Origin: Vicugna vicugna | Lineage: Eukaryota | Direction: 5' to 3' | Assembly: GCA_013265495.1 (NCBI GenBank) | Contig: MU058687.1 | Location: 4,586,093 to 4,650,092 of the forward strand | DNA length: 64,000 nucleotides | In this document: positions 1 to 14,050 of the stretch, one piece after another | Layout of the letters: every line of letters begins with the position of its first letter | Numbering within the stretch: the first letter of the stretch is position 1 | Translations under genes and position numbers: made by a program | The notes under the pieces: model-generated | What the model saw: the letters and a program-made list of their open reading frames with translations, nothing else | Told to the model about the DNA's origin: nothing | The model's database searches: none

Positions 1-2401
1 CTTCCTATCAAAAATCAGATAGGCATTTGGAAATGTAAATATATCACATTTCCTTCTGGATTACACATGTGCTAAAGTTCACCTTTTAATTTTTTAGAGG
101 TGAGTCATAGCACACTCTTTATTCACAGCACCTTTGAAGTGAGATTCCAGACGGACGTTTAGCCCTCAAATGGGGAAAAGAGATCAGCTGTTATGACCCC
201 CTTCTTCATGATTAGCAGCCTGAGCCCCTGAGAGGTTGAAGAAGAGACTTAAAATCTCAAATATTTAACAGCCTGGTCAGGACGAGGACCAGGTTAGTCT
301 AATTTCTAGCATATTTTTTCCCCCTTCTCTCCATTGACGTGGTGCTTGAATAAACATCTTAAATAGAGAATATTTCTTCCTCTTGTTTAAGAGGTCACCT
401 AAGATAGTATATTTTCTAATCCCATGAAGCATGTTTTATAAGACTTCTGTGCCTTTAAAATCAGTTTAATTGGAGTAAAATTTGACGCTTCATTGGTGGT
501 GCTTCTTCACGTTGAAACTTCCATTCTGTTTTGACGCTTAGCTTATTAATTTCCCATTTGTTTGATTTAAAGTGGGGTTTGAAGGGCAAATGGCCAGCTC
601 TGGCCAGATGCTTTCATCTGGTCACCACACTCCTTGAGTTCTCTGATAAGGATCCATACATTGGATGGTGGGTAAATAGCCGTTTCATGAGAGAAGGCAA
701 GAGCTGAAGGCAGGCCAGGGGTGACTCTCCCAGCTTGTCAGGAGGAAGAAGGAGTAAAGACAGATCTGTCCTGTTTGTCAGGAGCAGAAAGAATGTTGGC
801 GAAAACTAACTCCCGGGAAGGGGATGTGTCAGAAAGATGGATTACCCCTGGAAGTCAGGACTGCTTTCCCAGTGGGCAGCAGCCCACTTGCATATCATTT
901 GCCAGCTGTCCGTCTTATCCTAGTATGTCTCTGTCTTTTCCCTCCTTTGAGCTGCCAGTGACAAGCCACAGAGCCTTCAGAATAGCGAAAGGCCTAGGAG
1001 GGAGGGGTAACTTGTTTGCAGCGAGTGAATATTCAGCATGCACATTCTTCCTCTCAGTACTCCCAGAAGCTCTCAGAAAGACAGACCCTGTGGGGGAAAC
1101 TCTTTAAATGAACACCTTATTAGAGAATGATCCTGTTAGGTGAATGAAAGGCTGATTACATACCCAGAGGTGCGCTGTGATGAGGCTCAGAGTAACTCAA
1201 TAAGGCAATCTGCTGCACTCTGCATCTGGACTTGAGCCTAAGCATTTCAAACTGGCATCTGGAAAAAGAAAGGGCTCTGGGGAAAACCACACAATAGACT
1301 GGAAATATTTCATCTTTTTTTTTTCTCCCAAGGGGAATTTAGGATGTATTTCTTGGGTAACAGTTTTGAAGAAAGAAGATTGGTCTGAGAGAGAAGCTTG
1401 ATGTGGGCGTGGCCACTTCATACAACCGAACCGCAGGCATTTTCCTGCTTTTGTAGGAGGCTGAGCGACCCAGTGGGCCTTGCCTGTCTCTTTAAAGCCA
1501 TAAATGTTGCCTGGCCGAGAAGTCTAGCATAGCATCTCAGCTTCGTTGAATGGAGATTGTTGAAGAAGTTTGAAGCGATAGCCGTTATGTTCCCTATAGG
1601 AGTAAGTGGGACATGAATTTACTTTCCACTCTTGTGAATTAGTCACGTAAAACACGGGTCTCAGGTTGAAATCAACAACCTTGGACATTGCTGTCTGTTC
1701 TTGTTTATATTTAAAGTCCCCCCTGGGAGCAGCTGTAACCCAGAAGCCCATTTCATTGAAAGCTTACTGGCTTTGGGGATGTATAAGGAAAATTTCTTAT
1801 TTGGTGAATCATTGTCCTAAATGATTCACTTTGTGGAGCAAGCATCTCTGTGATCCTCTCTTCTGCTGCCCACTTTCTCCCTGACAGGTGTAGGCAGGGT
1901 GCTAAAGTCTACATAAGACTCTCTCCTGTGAACCAGAAGATTGGGTTCTCAAAGAGGCAAAGACAGTTGCTAGTATTGTGACCACCTACTGCTGTTTAAT
2001 ATTTCTGAGCCTCATTTTACTCATCTGTAAAGTGGGGAGAGCAATAGTTAACCTGCCTTGTATCCTTTCCTTAGTGTATAAGAGATATTGAGAGTACCTT
2101 AAACACTATCATGAGCCATTGTAGGGTAGGTTATGCTCATTGAAGGCACCTGATTTTTATTTTAAATTGTTCTGGAATATCTTATTACTCTGGACCAATG
2201 ATATGTAAGGCCTTTCTTATTTCTCAAGCACACACATAGTATTTGTTTCAAAGCAGGATTTCAAAAGCAAGACCAAATAATTAGAGTCTCTGGATCACAC
2301 TATTGGGTGTTCTTGGTCCTCTGGGACTTGGCTTTCCCTATCCTTATTTCACTGGGAAAAGAACTAGGTAGATTTTATTCTGAGGCTAAAGAGAACTCTT
2401 T

Positions 2402-2708
2402 TTTTTTTTATTGATTTATAATCATTTTACAATGTTGTGTCAAATTCCAGTGTTCAGCACAATTTTTCAGTCATTCATGGACATATACACACTCATTGTC
2501 ACATTTTTTTTCTCTGGGATTTATCATAACATTTTGTGTATATTTCCCTGTGCTATGCAGTGTAATCTTGTTTATCTATTCTACAATTTTGAAATCCCAG
2601 TCTATCCCTTCCCACCCTCTACCCCCCTGGTAACCACAAGTCTGTATTCTCTGTCCATGAGTCTATTTCTGTCCTGTATTTATGCTTTGTTTTTGTTTGT
2701 TTGTTTGT
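2402..2708 (-). mobile_element. Young 5'-truncated L1 (3'UTR only)
   Basis: Poly-T then TTTATTGATTTATAATC... L1 3' end. Perfect 15-bp TSD TAAAGAGAACTCTTT at 2387-2401 and 2709-2723. CTTT/AA endonuclease-type site. Near-identical to the copy at 36238. Confidence 0.9.
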
Positions 2709-5629
2709 TAAAGAGAACTCTTTAAAGTGTCCTTAGGGATATGAATAGATCAGTTGTCATTTAGTCCCTTAATATGGTTAGTTTCCAAAATGTAAAAAGG
2801 GCTGAGATAGCATTTGTTTCCCATAGGTTTCAGTCAGAGCCAGTGTGGGTGCTTGTTAGTGTCATAATGATGGGCGGCAAAAGCTATTAAGCTGGTCATT
2901 GAACAAAACCAAACGTCCTCTCTATCCCCCAGCTCCACCCCCATTTGATAGTCAGCTCAGGTGTAAAAGTGTCCCACTTTTGCAGTAGGATGGTGTGATG
3001 CTCATCTGTCGGCTCAATGGAGGATGGCAATGCTGATCTGTTTCTCCAGGGATGTTTTTCTCAGACTAAGGACTAGCCCTACCATGCGGCTACGATCCCA
3101 GAGAAGGGAGGCAGAGGCGTTCAGTGAGTAAATAGCCAGTAGGTTCTGACTTCTCTGCCAGCTAGCCAAAGGGAAGAATACCTTCCCGATTGTGTCGCTC
3201 ACGAGCAGCAGTTGAGCTTGTCTTAGAAGCATCTGAGCAGATAAACCACATTTAAAGAGTAGGTTAGTAGGCTTTTATTTTATGAAGTGGTAATTCTCTA
3301 CAATGGTGGCAACCAAAACTACCGTTCCACTGGGAAGCAAATGCTAAGCTGACTATGATAGGGTAAGGATTGATAGGAGAGGAAAGTTGAGATCTCAAGA
3401 GCTACAGGAAAAATGAAACAAAAACATATTAGGCATTTAAGAGTTAATTAGCTACTTCTATTGGTCTCAGAGAAGAACACGGACACCTAGGGAAGTGATT
3501 AGAAAGGGAAGAAACATTCAGAGTATTTTATATGCTGTGAAGTGGAAACTGAGGCTCAAAAAGCTTAAATAATTTGGCTCAGGGCACATGGCAGGAGAAC
3601 CTGGTATTCGAATCTGGATCTGAGCTCTGTGTTCATCTGATGCTAGCGCTGAAGGGTGAATTGTTCAGCTTTTGTGTCTTACGGAATCTGAAATTACTAC
3701 TCCTTTCCACTTTTATTCATACTCTATATCCACCCCTACCTCTTTAATCTGATCTTCCTTTGAAAAAATATTTTAAGATCCTGATTAAGGAACAAAGTAT
3801 ATTAAAGGAGTGGGTTCATATCCAGGTATCTGCTATCTTGAAACTGTATTAAAAAGAGGACCTCATTCTTAAAAATGGAAAATCCCTATCAATTACACTG
3901 TCCCGAATATATTTTTTTCCTCTTGAATGCTTTAGAAAAAATACTTCATGTTTCTTGGCTGTTGAATGGCTCGATATTGACTTAGAGTGTATCTCTCCCT
4001 ACAGTTCCCCTACAGGTTGCTCACTTTCAGTGACACCTGCTTTTAGTTGGAGAAATTCTTTAAATCACAGATACCACATTAGAATTTCTTTCAGTGAGGA
4101 TGACAGATCCAATAAACTGCGTGGGTGTGAAGTACAGATAAAGGTAATCAGATCTCATGCTTCAGGGAATAAACTGATTACCTATGATGGTCAGGAAGAA
4201 ATTTTTCCCATTAGCATCCTGTGGATGGATACACAAACAGAGAGCAGGATCCAACTTTCTGCTATTCTAAAGCTTTCTTATAGGACTTCATTATGCACAG
4301 AGTATATGCACATCTGAACCTATGATATAATGTGCTGCGTATGATGGTTGTCAAACGCAGGTAAGTATTTAGTATGCAGCAAAATAAATACTGTAACATT
4401 TGAGACACAGTTCTATTTAGATAAATGAGAGTGATTCGTTTAAGATAAACTACTTAAAATCTTTTCATGTTTCCTCCAGGGATCTCAAAGTACCTTCCCA
4501 AAATGAGCTCATTAATCCTCATGAATATTCTGTCAAATAAATTCTGTTAAATTTCTCTGAAAAAAACAGGTCAATCTTACTAACCAGTAAGTCCTTATAG
4601 CACCAAGTTCTCATAGCAGCCTAATAATCTTTATTGCCTTGAAATCTCATTAGAGGTTTGACTTCTAACACCATTATTCTAGGTAGAATTTTTTCCTTGG
4701 TGGCTCACTTTTCTACATTCATTCCTCCAACAATCCTGTGGTGAGTCAGCAATGTGCTACGTGCTGGACGTAAAATGGTAAATAGGGCTTAGGGTCCAGT
4801 GGGAGCAAGCTGGGAAGTTCTTTCAAATATATTAGCAAGAGTCCTCTTCACCCACTGTCCTCCTCTTACTGGACAGGTCATCCAGTCACCTAGGCTTTGA
4901 CATATGTACAACCCAGTCTGGTTCACAATTTGGTCCTAAGAGCTTAAATGGATTCCAGTTAGCTCAGGTGACATTTTGAGAGACTTGGTCATACTCTACT
5001 TTAGAAAACTCTTGGAAGAACGTGGGTTCTTGCAAAACCTGGAGTGGTCTCTACTCTGGTGTAACTGCAGTGTATGTGTGTGTCTGTGTCTGTGTCTGTG
5101 TCTGTGTGTGTGTATGTTGATCAGAAACTCTTTACAAAAGATGATTAGATTTACGTTTGATGAGATTTTCCAGTTAAATTCTAAAGACAGGTCCCTTGTA
5201 GATCCTAGAAAAATGAAAGAGGATAACAATTAAGGGACCCTTTTAAACTGGATAGCCATAGTTAAGTTTTAAGTTTGTTTGTTTGTTTTCTTTTTAATAT
5301 TCTTTTGGATCAAATCATGACAGTGTCAAAACTTGCTGCTATTTGACTTGAAGACCTGACATGCAGGAATGGTGTAAATAATTTGGAGAGACAAGATCTG
5401 TGGAATATTTAAACATTTCTTTTGAGCGACGCTGTTCTGCTTACAGAGTGGGTAGCACTTTCTCCTCTGGAATTAAACAGGACCTTTTCAGTTTGATACC
5501 TGAAGGGTATATAAGAAAACAAATAAGATCACGTTCACCTGGGGCTGTGCTGTGCCTTCAGCCCAGCATTGGCTACACTAACAGCACCTAATACATTGGT
5601 GATTTTGCTGAAAGAAAAATATCATTAGA

Positions 5630-5935
5630 CTGCTGTTTCCCAAAATGCATTCCCTTAAAAGCCAGTCCTATGGTATGGTCCTGGAAAATTAAAAGAGGGA
5701 AGATATTCAATGGTAAAAATATGTTGGGGAGCTTTTAATATTACTACTGCCCTTAGGTAGTCGCAGAGCATATTAGCAAATTAAAGGTTTTGAGAAGTCT
5801 TCGTCTGTGCATACATTTTAAATTTTATTTTACTCAAGGTTTCTCAAATTCATTTGACTATTCACTTGTATAATGTTCATTGATACAATACTTACTAATA
5901 TTCAGCTCCTGGGAACACAATTTGGGGAATACTGT
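5630..5935. mobile_element. Old hAT/Charlie-type non-autonomous DNA transposon
   Basis: Ends resemble terminal inverted repeats (CTGTTTCCCAAAATG ... CAATTTGGGGAATACTG). Family not pinned down. Confidence 0.5.
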
Positions 5936-8439
5936 ACTAGAAAAGATATATATATATATATATATATAAACTAAGTCGGGGGAATCCAACTAAGTAATGG
6001 AGTGCTAATTTACATTAATAAGTTATTTAGTACTTTATTTTATGCAGCGTTCCTTTTAATGTGAGTTTCTCAAGTGCATTAAAATAGTATCTTAAGTGGT
6101 TTTTAAAAACATTACTCATTTTTGAAAAGATGATAAACATGCTTTAAAAAATTTAAACTTACTAATTCCCACTCCTGCCCTGTCTCCCACTCCAGCAAAT
6201 CTTCTCAGTATTTGATTTATGCGAGCTCAATTTATATTCAGCTTTTCAGGACATTTCTTATGCCACATGAGAGATGTCATACCTATATTTATCTAAGAAA
6301 GGGCAAAAAAAAAACCCTGCTTCTGAGTAGCCATTAAAAACTATGTGACCATAGAGGACAATAATAAGAGGAAATTACCTGGATAAAAGGGTCAAGAAAC
6401 CTTTATTTTCCCTTGGTTTGCTATGGGATTTGGGCCAACAAATAACCCCCCTGAGTCTTGCTGTATAATTAAAATGACTATTAACTTCCCACCACCTGAA
6501 AGTGAATGATGTGAGGATTAAGCAAGAATGGAATTCTGACCTTTGAGTAAATCCCTTCAGAGATTTAACAGAAAGTGTCCTCATTTCTAACCAGTGCTTC
6601 CATACATGGCTGTGATCCCATTCACCAGCCAGCTCCGATTTTATGCTGTCATTCTTACACATATGCTCCCTGTCGTCTGTTCCCTTGTTTTCCCTCTGTC
6701 TAGTTGGGCTGTTGTCAGTAATACTTGCATTTCAGTGAAAAGCCCATTGGAAGAAAAATAATTTTGGTGGGGGGCGGGGTGGTCACAACATGGATCAAGA
6801 GACAAGTAAACACACGTGGTAGATCTCTGGTCCAGAGCTGATTTACTCAAGTCTTACTGAAAAATAATCATGGAGAAAAGTGATTAGGTGATGGAAGTGT
6901 GAAACTGTGATGAGTGGCTTGTGAGTAAATGTTAGAGTCATGATTTCTATTTCCCCTGATAAGTAAAATGCCCTTTGATAAGACAAAGAATGGCCCAAGA
7001 TCATTTGGAGTTCAGTTATCTGATTCTGTTCATTCTTCTTTACTCTGTAGAGATTTTACTGTATCTAATTACTCTTTCAAGACCCCAGACACCAGCTCTT
7101 CTAAAATAATGTTCCTTCTGAAATTGCCAACAGTTATACAGTTTGGCTATCTGCAAATTCACTGCACATATGGCTCAGCAAGAGAATAATTGCACTTTAT
7201 TGATATCTTTTCACAATGCCATGAGAAGAAGCAGGAAAGAAACTCTGGCTGAAGCTGTGAAAAAATGAGGTATATTTATAAACCTGAGATGTCAGCTTTC
7301 CAAATTTGTTTCAGATCCAGATACCACATACATACGCTTGTACTCACCTTCACATTTCCACAAATTCATATGGGAAACCACTCCATGATTTATCTATAGG
7401 CATTAGATTTATAAATATCTATATAGTGTTGTATGTATGTGTATGTATTCTGTGCATGGATGTGATTCATGCATATGGTTGTGAGATATGAAATATGATT
7501 TATAACTTGCTGGTGTTAGTAATTTTTCCTTAATATTCAAACTCTCGATATCTAAGCTTAGGAGAAAAAAATTAAAATATATGAAAATTCTCTTCTTTCC
7601 TTCAACATTCGTGAGAGCGTTAAACTGTGTATTAACTATTTCCCAGGGTGAATAAATTATCCTGACCTCTTTGCCTGGAGGTTGCTTCTTCTTAGAGTGT
7701 GTTAGATCCGTGTATCGTAAAATGACATGAACTGAGATCCCCCCTCCCTCATTTATTTCTGATAAAAATATTCACAGCTTGCAAACACGTACATATGTAT
7801 ATATATAAAATCACCCTCACTAATTATATCATGTAGCATCACAAGGGTGTTGTTATTTTATTTGACTTTTTTATTCACTTGTAATATTTTGTTAAATTTT
7901 GGAGGCAGCTTAAAAAATTAATTAAAATGAACTTGTGTCTCAACATTTCATCGCAGCTGAGGGATACAGAAAAGGGAAAGGAGAGCAGCGACGAACTGAT
8001 TGGATAAGAGGCAGCCGCTGGTTTTACAAAAGGATCAGGGCTTGCTGGGAGTCTATGTAGAATGTTGTAAGGGCTTACTTAATAGCTAGCTGTAATGAGA
8101 TTCCAAATTACAAATTGATGTTTGAAGATAACAGAGAAGATGAGAACTAGAAAGCAGGATATTGGAAACAAATGGAGAGCTATCTAAGCTCAGTAAAACC
8201 TGGGCAAATGCCGTGGCCAAAGTGGAGTGGGGAAAATCTGAGAAGGAGTAGCTCTTAGATGTAAGCGTATGGCTGCAGGGCTGGGAGGGGCCTGGTGAGA
8301 AGAGTGTTGTTCGTCCCTTGCCTTCTCTCTGCCTGGAGATCAGAAGAGACACTGGGCCTTGTCTCCTTCATTCATTCCACAGAGAAGAACGTTGTCTCTG
8401 TTCTTGGCATCTCAGGTTCCTAGACGTTCCTAGACATGC

Positions 8440-8598
8440 AGCTGGCACGGTTGCAAGGGGCCGTGTACTTAAAAGGGGCCTGTGCTTAGTTTAATGCTCT
8501 GCTGTCACCATCTGGGAAGTTTCAGTAATTTTTAAATAATTTTCATTTTTGCACGTTGTCATTTTACTGGGTGTCGTGAATTATATAACCAATCCTGA
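8440..8598 (+). mobile_element. MER53-like hAT DNA transposon remnant
   Basis: GCTTAGTTTAATGCTCTGCTGTCACCATC...TTTTCATTTTTGCAC...AATTATATAACCAATCCTG resembles the MER53 consensus as I recall it. Confidence 0.65.
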
Positions 8599-8994
8599 TG
8601 GTGGACATACTGAGTGTATAAATACTTCGATTAATTACACACTTAAGCCATTAATCACAAAGTAATATTTATACACCTAACTGTCATACGTACACCTGGA
8701 CGTAGTACTCCCATGCAGGAAACGAGGCACTGGAGGAGTGAAAGTTGTACGTGTGGGTCTACGGTCCAGGAAAGAAGATAAACTAAAAAAAATTGTTGAA
8801 TCTAATCAATATCACTGTTGAAAGCATCTTACCTTCCAAGGCCAAGAACTATGATATTATAGATATAAATATAAATATACATATATGTACATACTGTGTA
8901 CCTATGTGTGTATATGTATATATGTAATACAATAAATGATAGTTATTAGTAATATATCTTATTTTCCTCCTTACAGAAATATAGCAATATAAGT

Positions 8995-9095
8995 AGTCAG
9001 TAGGTCTAGAAAAATTCCAAGAATCTGGGTTTTTAAACAAGTCTCCCAAGAGTTTCTTGATGCAAGTGATTTCCGGACATGCTTTCTAAACACTA
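8995..9095 (+). mobile_element. MER5A-like hAT remnant
   Basis: TCAGTAGGTCT...AAGAATCTG...TTTTAAACAAG...TTGATGC...CTTTCTAAACACT. Confidence 0.55.
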
Positions 9096-9659
9096 AGTGA
9101 AAAGATTGCTCATGTTGTGTTTCTAATATTTACTTATAACTGGGAGAATTTGGTGACTTTTTTTTCCTAGGAGCCCTCACCAGCAGCCTCAGAGAAAGAA
9201 TGTTGTAACCAGAATTCCTATGTGTTGTTTGGACCCCCGTTCAAAAGCACTGTAAGACATTGGCCTCACCAAGCAGGACCCTACCTACAATTCAGTCCCC
9301 ACTGGATGCCACACCACAACCAGTGTAAGATTGTTCACAAGTGCAGCCAACTAAATTAGGGGCAAGGACATTTTGGAAACAGCTTCTGGAAATGTGGCCT
9401 GTCACCTACCCACTCTGTATCAGAGATCTGGAATGAAGAGAGAGTTAAAAATATAATAGTATGTCTGTTCAGAAGAATACTCACTGGTCTTATAGAATTT
9501 TTTCCTCCCACCCACGTGTTCTGAATGGTAAGACGCTGGGAAGTTTGAGTATTTTATTGCGCCTCTTGGGACTTCCTCTCCTCCTCCCCCTTTCCTTCTT
9601 TTCCATGCTTCTTTTTACATATAGAGCTATTGTTAGCATTTCAGGGACTGCCTTAACTC

Positions 9660-10200
9660 CATCTGTTCATTCCATCAATAGGCATTTAGTCAGCACCTAC
9701 TGTATGCACTGTATAAGACACCACAGTGGATAAAAATATATACTAAAAAAAAATCACACAGTAGATACTTCCTGAGGGCCCCTCTGTGCCAGTCTCACCT
9801 TCTGACCTGTGACTAAGGATACAGACCCCATCCTGAAGGAGCTGGCATTCCCATGCCTATATCTAAACAACTATAATAAAATAATTTAAAACAAATCAGT
9901 AAAATATCAGTCAAATGCCATGGAATTTCAGAGGCAGGGAATGTTTCAATCTAAAGTAATCGGAGACGGCGTCATGGAAAACATGCCATTTTATCTGCCC
10001 TCGAAGGGTAAGAAGTATTTATGTAGGAGAAGACACCCAAGAAGGCATTCTAAGTCATGGGAAGGCAGGCACACAGAGGTGAGAGGGTGTGGGGCAAGCA
10101 CTGGGAATATAAAGCAGCTAATTTCATTTTAAGTATCTAGTATATAAAAAAGAATAGTAAATAATACAACGAGAAGAGAGAACAAAGGCCAAAAATGGGA
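9660..10200 (-). mobile_element. L2 3' fragment
   Basis: TTCATTCCATCAATAGGCATTTAGTCAGCACCTACTGTATGC is the reverse complement of the L2 3' end, followed by purine-rich L2 body. Confidence 0.6.
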
Positions 10201-11003
10201 CGCTGAGCACAGGGACTAAGAACCTTAGTCCAGACTCTCTTCTCTAATTTAGCTTCCGTGAGCATGGTATCCATCTAGATGGAAGATTACTTTTCTTCTT
10301 CTATGTAAATTTCTTCTCTATAGAAAAATTTACCCTCCTCCCTCCAGTCACGCTCCAGGTCCCAAAGAAGTTTCCCTCCGTGGTACCTCGCAAAGTCAGC
10401 CTCTCTTGGGAATTGCTCGCTAGCGCACCCTGGAGCATCCTGATGCTTGTTTCCCATAGGCTTCTTAATAGCCTTCACCTATTACTCACCTCCTAGACAC
10501 TTAGTGGTTGCTGAAAGGCCTTTTTTAAAAAAAATCAGTGTTGTTTTATCTTGTTTAAAATCCTTGATCAAGGCCACAGGCAGCCCTGATGGTCCCTGGG
10601 CCTTGGCAAGAAAAGAATAAACTCAATGCACACCAGTGAGAGATCACAGCTCACAGCCTTTTCCTCTGACAACTGTTTGGCATCTCTGGCTGCCCTTCTT
10701 ATGTGCTTGTCATTGTGCTTCCTTACATCAATCTCATAAAACATCCTTTTCCTCATGCTTGACATATTGATACCATCCTACCACAGATAAAACACAGAGC
10801 AATGTAATATGGGCAGATGATGGAGTTATTTGCAATGCACAGAAATCTCTGCTGATGTCTAAGACTGGTGCGATATTAAACACATTACTTTCCCTGACAG
10901 GCATTTTCATTACATCCGTGCCACGCAGGTGAAGAATCTAAAAGTGAAATCTTGTTTCTCCCAACAGGGTCCAGGCAATAAAGTTAAAAAGTGTGTGGGT
11001 GTG

Positions 11004-11006
<3 letters not shown>

Positions 11007-11044
<38 letters not shown>
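11007..11044. repeat. (GT)19 microsatellite
   Basis: Direct reading. Confidence 0.95.
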
Positions 11045-11045
<1 letters not shown>

Positions 11046-12329
11046 GTTCTCTCTCTCTATATATATTTATCTTTACAAAATATACAGTCTCTTATTTAAA
11101 CCACATTTGAATTTACTTGGAGAAATGACCCAAATCCCAGCGAACTTATAGTAAAAACAATCACTTTTTATGAGACCAGTATTCTTATGATTGGTGGTGT
11201 CATGTGGGCAGATCTGGAGGACCATTCTCAGATGGGACAGCTTAAAAAATAGCCTGGTAAAAATCAAAGGAGACCAACATTAGAAGGCCAGTTAGTCCTC
11301 CAGAAGGAGAGAATACAGATCGTGGTCTTGTCAGAAAGCGAACCACATACAAGGTGGGTGAGACGGAAGAGTATAGTAATGACAAAGCAGCAACAGAAGG
11401 TAGCATTTCTTGGGGATTTCTTGTGCCAGGAACGTTCCTGTCTTTTACATTCATGTTTAAAAATTAAATTCTTACAACAACCCAAGAAGGTAGGTAACTG
11501 ATTATACCTATTTACCAGATGAGAAAAACAAAATTCATAAAAGTCATGTAATTCGTCCAAGGTAACACCTCCATTGATTCAAGCCCAGGCCTGCCTGACC
11601 ACAAAGTGTAGACCTTAACTGGTTGAAATTGTATATCCTGATGGAGAGGGAAAGCCCAGATTCTAGAAGATCAGCTAAAGAAATGTGCCAGGCCAGCCAG
11701 CAGGAACACCGGCTCTGAACACCGGCCTGTCCACTGTCTACTCGCTGCTGCTGGGTGGCCGAGATCTTTTACATAAATAGTTGTAGCTCTGGGGGGTGTT
11801 TTGATTTTATACCCGCTGGATTCCATTGGTAGAGTTTACTTACTCTCCCTTGGAACTAAAGCTGGAGTGAAGGTTGTTACCTCCAGGTGAGGAAGAGTTG
11901 TAATTCAAATGGGATTTTCTCTTAGTTCTGTTTTTCCTCTGGCAGTCTTCTCACGAGGCAGGATGTTAGAGACCTTCATAACCCTAGTGTCTCTTTGTAG
12001 CTTCCGCCTGGAAGGAAGGGCTTTTTAAGAAGGAACTTGGGGTTCACTCAGTACGTACTTTCTCTGCTGGGACAATAATAGTGGAGACTGTTTTACGACG
12101 GCTCGTACCCTCCTCACATCCACCATGGGGTATTATGCTATTAATGTACAGGAATTTAAGAGCTTTTCACTCTCATAATTTTACTGAGAGAAGAAAGCCA
12201 GAAGAATCTTAGTTGACATTAATATGACACAGTTAACAATTTATTCAGCTGCCCTTTCAGCCTAGAAGTTGAGACATTAGTCTTTTCTGTGTTTCAGATG
12301 AGCGAAATGAGACAACGTATTTGTACATT

Positions 12330-12630
12330 AATTCAGCAGATGTTTTTGATAACCTCCCATATACTAGGCACTGTCTAGATCTGGGAGGTAAATACAATGG
12401 AATAGAATATTAAAGCTTAGATTCTTTATCCTTCAGGATTTTGCAAGCTAGTAGGGGAAGCAAACACAACGACAGGGTCGATCATACCATTTGTGAAGTG
12501 TGATGTTAGAGACCTACATGGAGCGTTGTGAGTGCTGGGCAGGTGACCAAGTGGCTTAGCTGGACTTGGGAAGAGGGGATCCCTGAGGGATGTAACACCT
12601 AGGCAGAGCATTCCCTGAGAGTATGACCTA
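12330..12630 (-). mobile_element. L2 3' fragment
   Basis: ATTCAGCAGATGTTTTTGATAACCTCCCATATACTAGGCACTGT... pattern. Confidence 0.55.
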
Positions 12631-13844
12631 CACAAAAGTCATCTTTTTTTTTAAGAAATACTGTGTGCTGAACTGAACACTACAGGCTTTACATGCATTG
12701 TCAAAATCAATCCTATCCTTCAAACAACCCCATGGAGTGTGTACTATTCTTACCACCATTTTATAACCTTTGCAAGTGGCAAAGCAGAGACTTGAGCGCA
12801 TGCTCTTTGGCTTCAGAGCTCAGCTCTTCACAAAGATGCCACACTTCCATTAACTCTAACATGTCACCTAGGAGTATCTCTAAGCAAAGCTAGTTCTTCT
12901 CGGACTCAGTAATCACTCTTGCCCTCGGGCAGTAAGCTTGGTTTTAGCTTTTGATGAATTTCCTTTCTGAAACAGAAGTTAATGATAAAAGTAAACCTGC
13001 AGATAGATATCAGCTTTGATATTAGCAGGTCAGCCCCAAGGTCTAGGCATAAGTACACGTATCCAGTGCTCTGTGTTATTCACAGAACACTTCTCCAGTG
13101 TGACACTATGTTGTGTGATAGCACATAACCACAGCCTGATCCCTCTCAACCCTATGGTCCCTGGCATCTCGAATGGGCCCAGCAGCAAAATACTTTGCCT
13201 GCCAAATGTGGTGCTTTTCTGACACAAGTATTTTCTTTTATATTCTGGAGACCGAAAAAACATTTTCTCTCATTAACCTGCCAGAGTCTTAGGGAATTCT
13301 GGGAGGTCAAGTTCAGTCTCATAATGCATGAATATTATGTATCTTGAATGCTGCAAATTTGGCATATTGAGGTGGGGGAGGTGACAAGGTAAGGTAGATT
13401 TATTAGCATCCTGCCAGGAAATCTCACATGAGCAGTAGCGGTTTGTCAGAAAATTCAGTATAATTGATGGGAGCAAGTTGGACTAATTCTTAGCAGATCC
13501 ACACTGGCTCTGTTCAAACCTTTCCTTTACAGACAACAAAATGTACTGAGCAGAGAGCTCATTAAGACCTTCCTACAAACACACTCTTTGCACCAGGTTT
13601 CTTTCCTTTGCCTTTCTTTCATATAATTATTTCAGTTACTTGAGATGATACGAGCACATATTGGAAGCATTACTGAATAGGCAGTGATTTTTACTCATTT
13701 GTATGTATCTTTTAACTCTCCAAGGGAAAGCTTATACTCCAGGGAATAAGGATTAACAAGAAGCTGGTATCTATTCTGTGTTTCACTCTGCTTTTACCAA
13801 AGGATTAGAGGTTTCAACCGTTGGGTCTAAAAGCCATCAAGGCA

Positions 13845-14050
13845 GAGATATAATAGTGGAAAGAGGTTGGCCTTTGAATTAGGACACTTGGGTTTCAGTC
13901 TCAAGCCTCCAGCTTGCTAGCTCTTTGGCCCTGAGCCAGTTATTTAAACTTGCTGAGCTTTGGTTTCCTTGTTCAAAAGGTGAGGTTAATAATACCCATC
14001 TCATAGGGTTCCTAATAAATATTAAATGAAGTGAAAAATGTCAGTTACTT
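13845..14050 (+). mobile_element. MIR SINE
   Basis: AGTGGAAAGAG...GGGTTTCAGTCTC...GTTATTTAAACTTGCTGAGCTTTGGTTTCCT...CTCATAGGGTT...ATTAAATGA. Confidence 0.7.

Noticed and set aside
721..1107. 128-aa ORF
   Set aside because: GTG start, no domain similarity; consistent with a chance intronic ORF.
2411..2725. Similar hydrophobic ORFs at 2411 and 36255/36278 suggesting a duplicated membrane-protein gene
   Set aside because: Antisense translations of L1 3'UTR copies.
8416..8436. Short tandem duplication GTTCCTAGAC x2
   Set aside because: Ordinary slippage duplication with no array structure.
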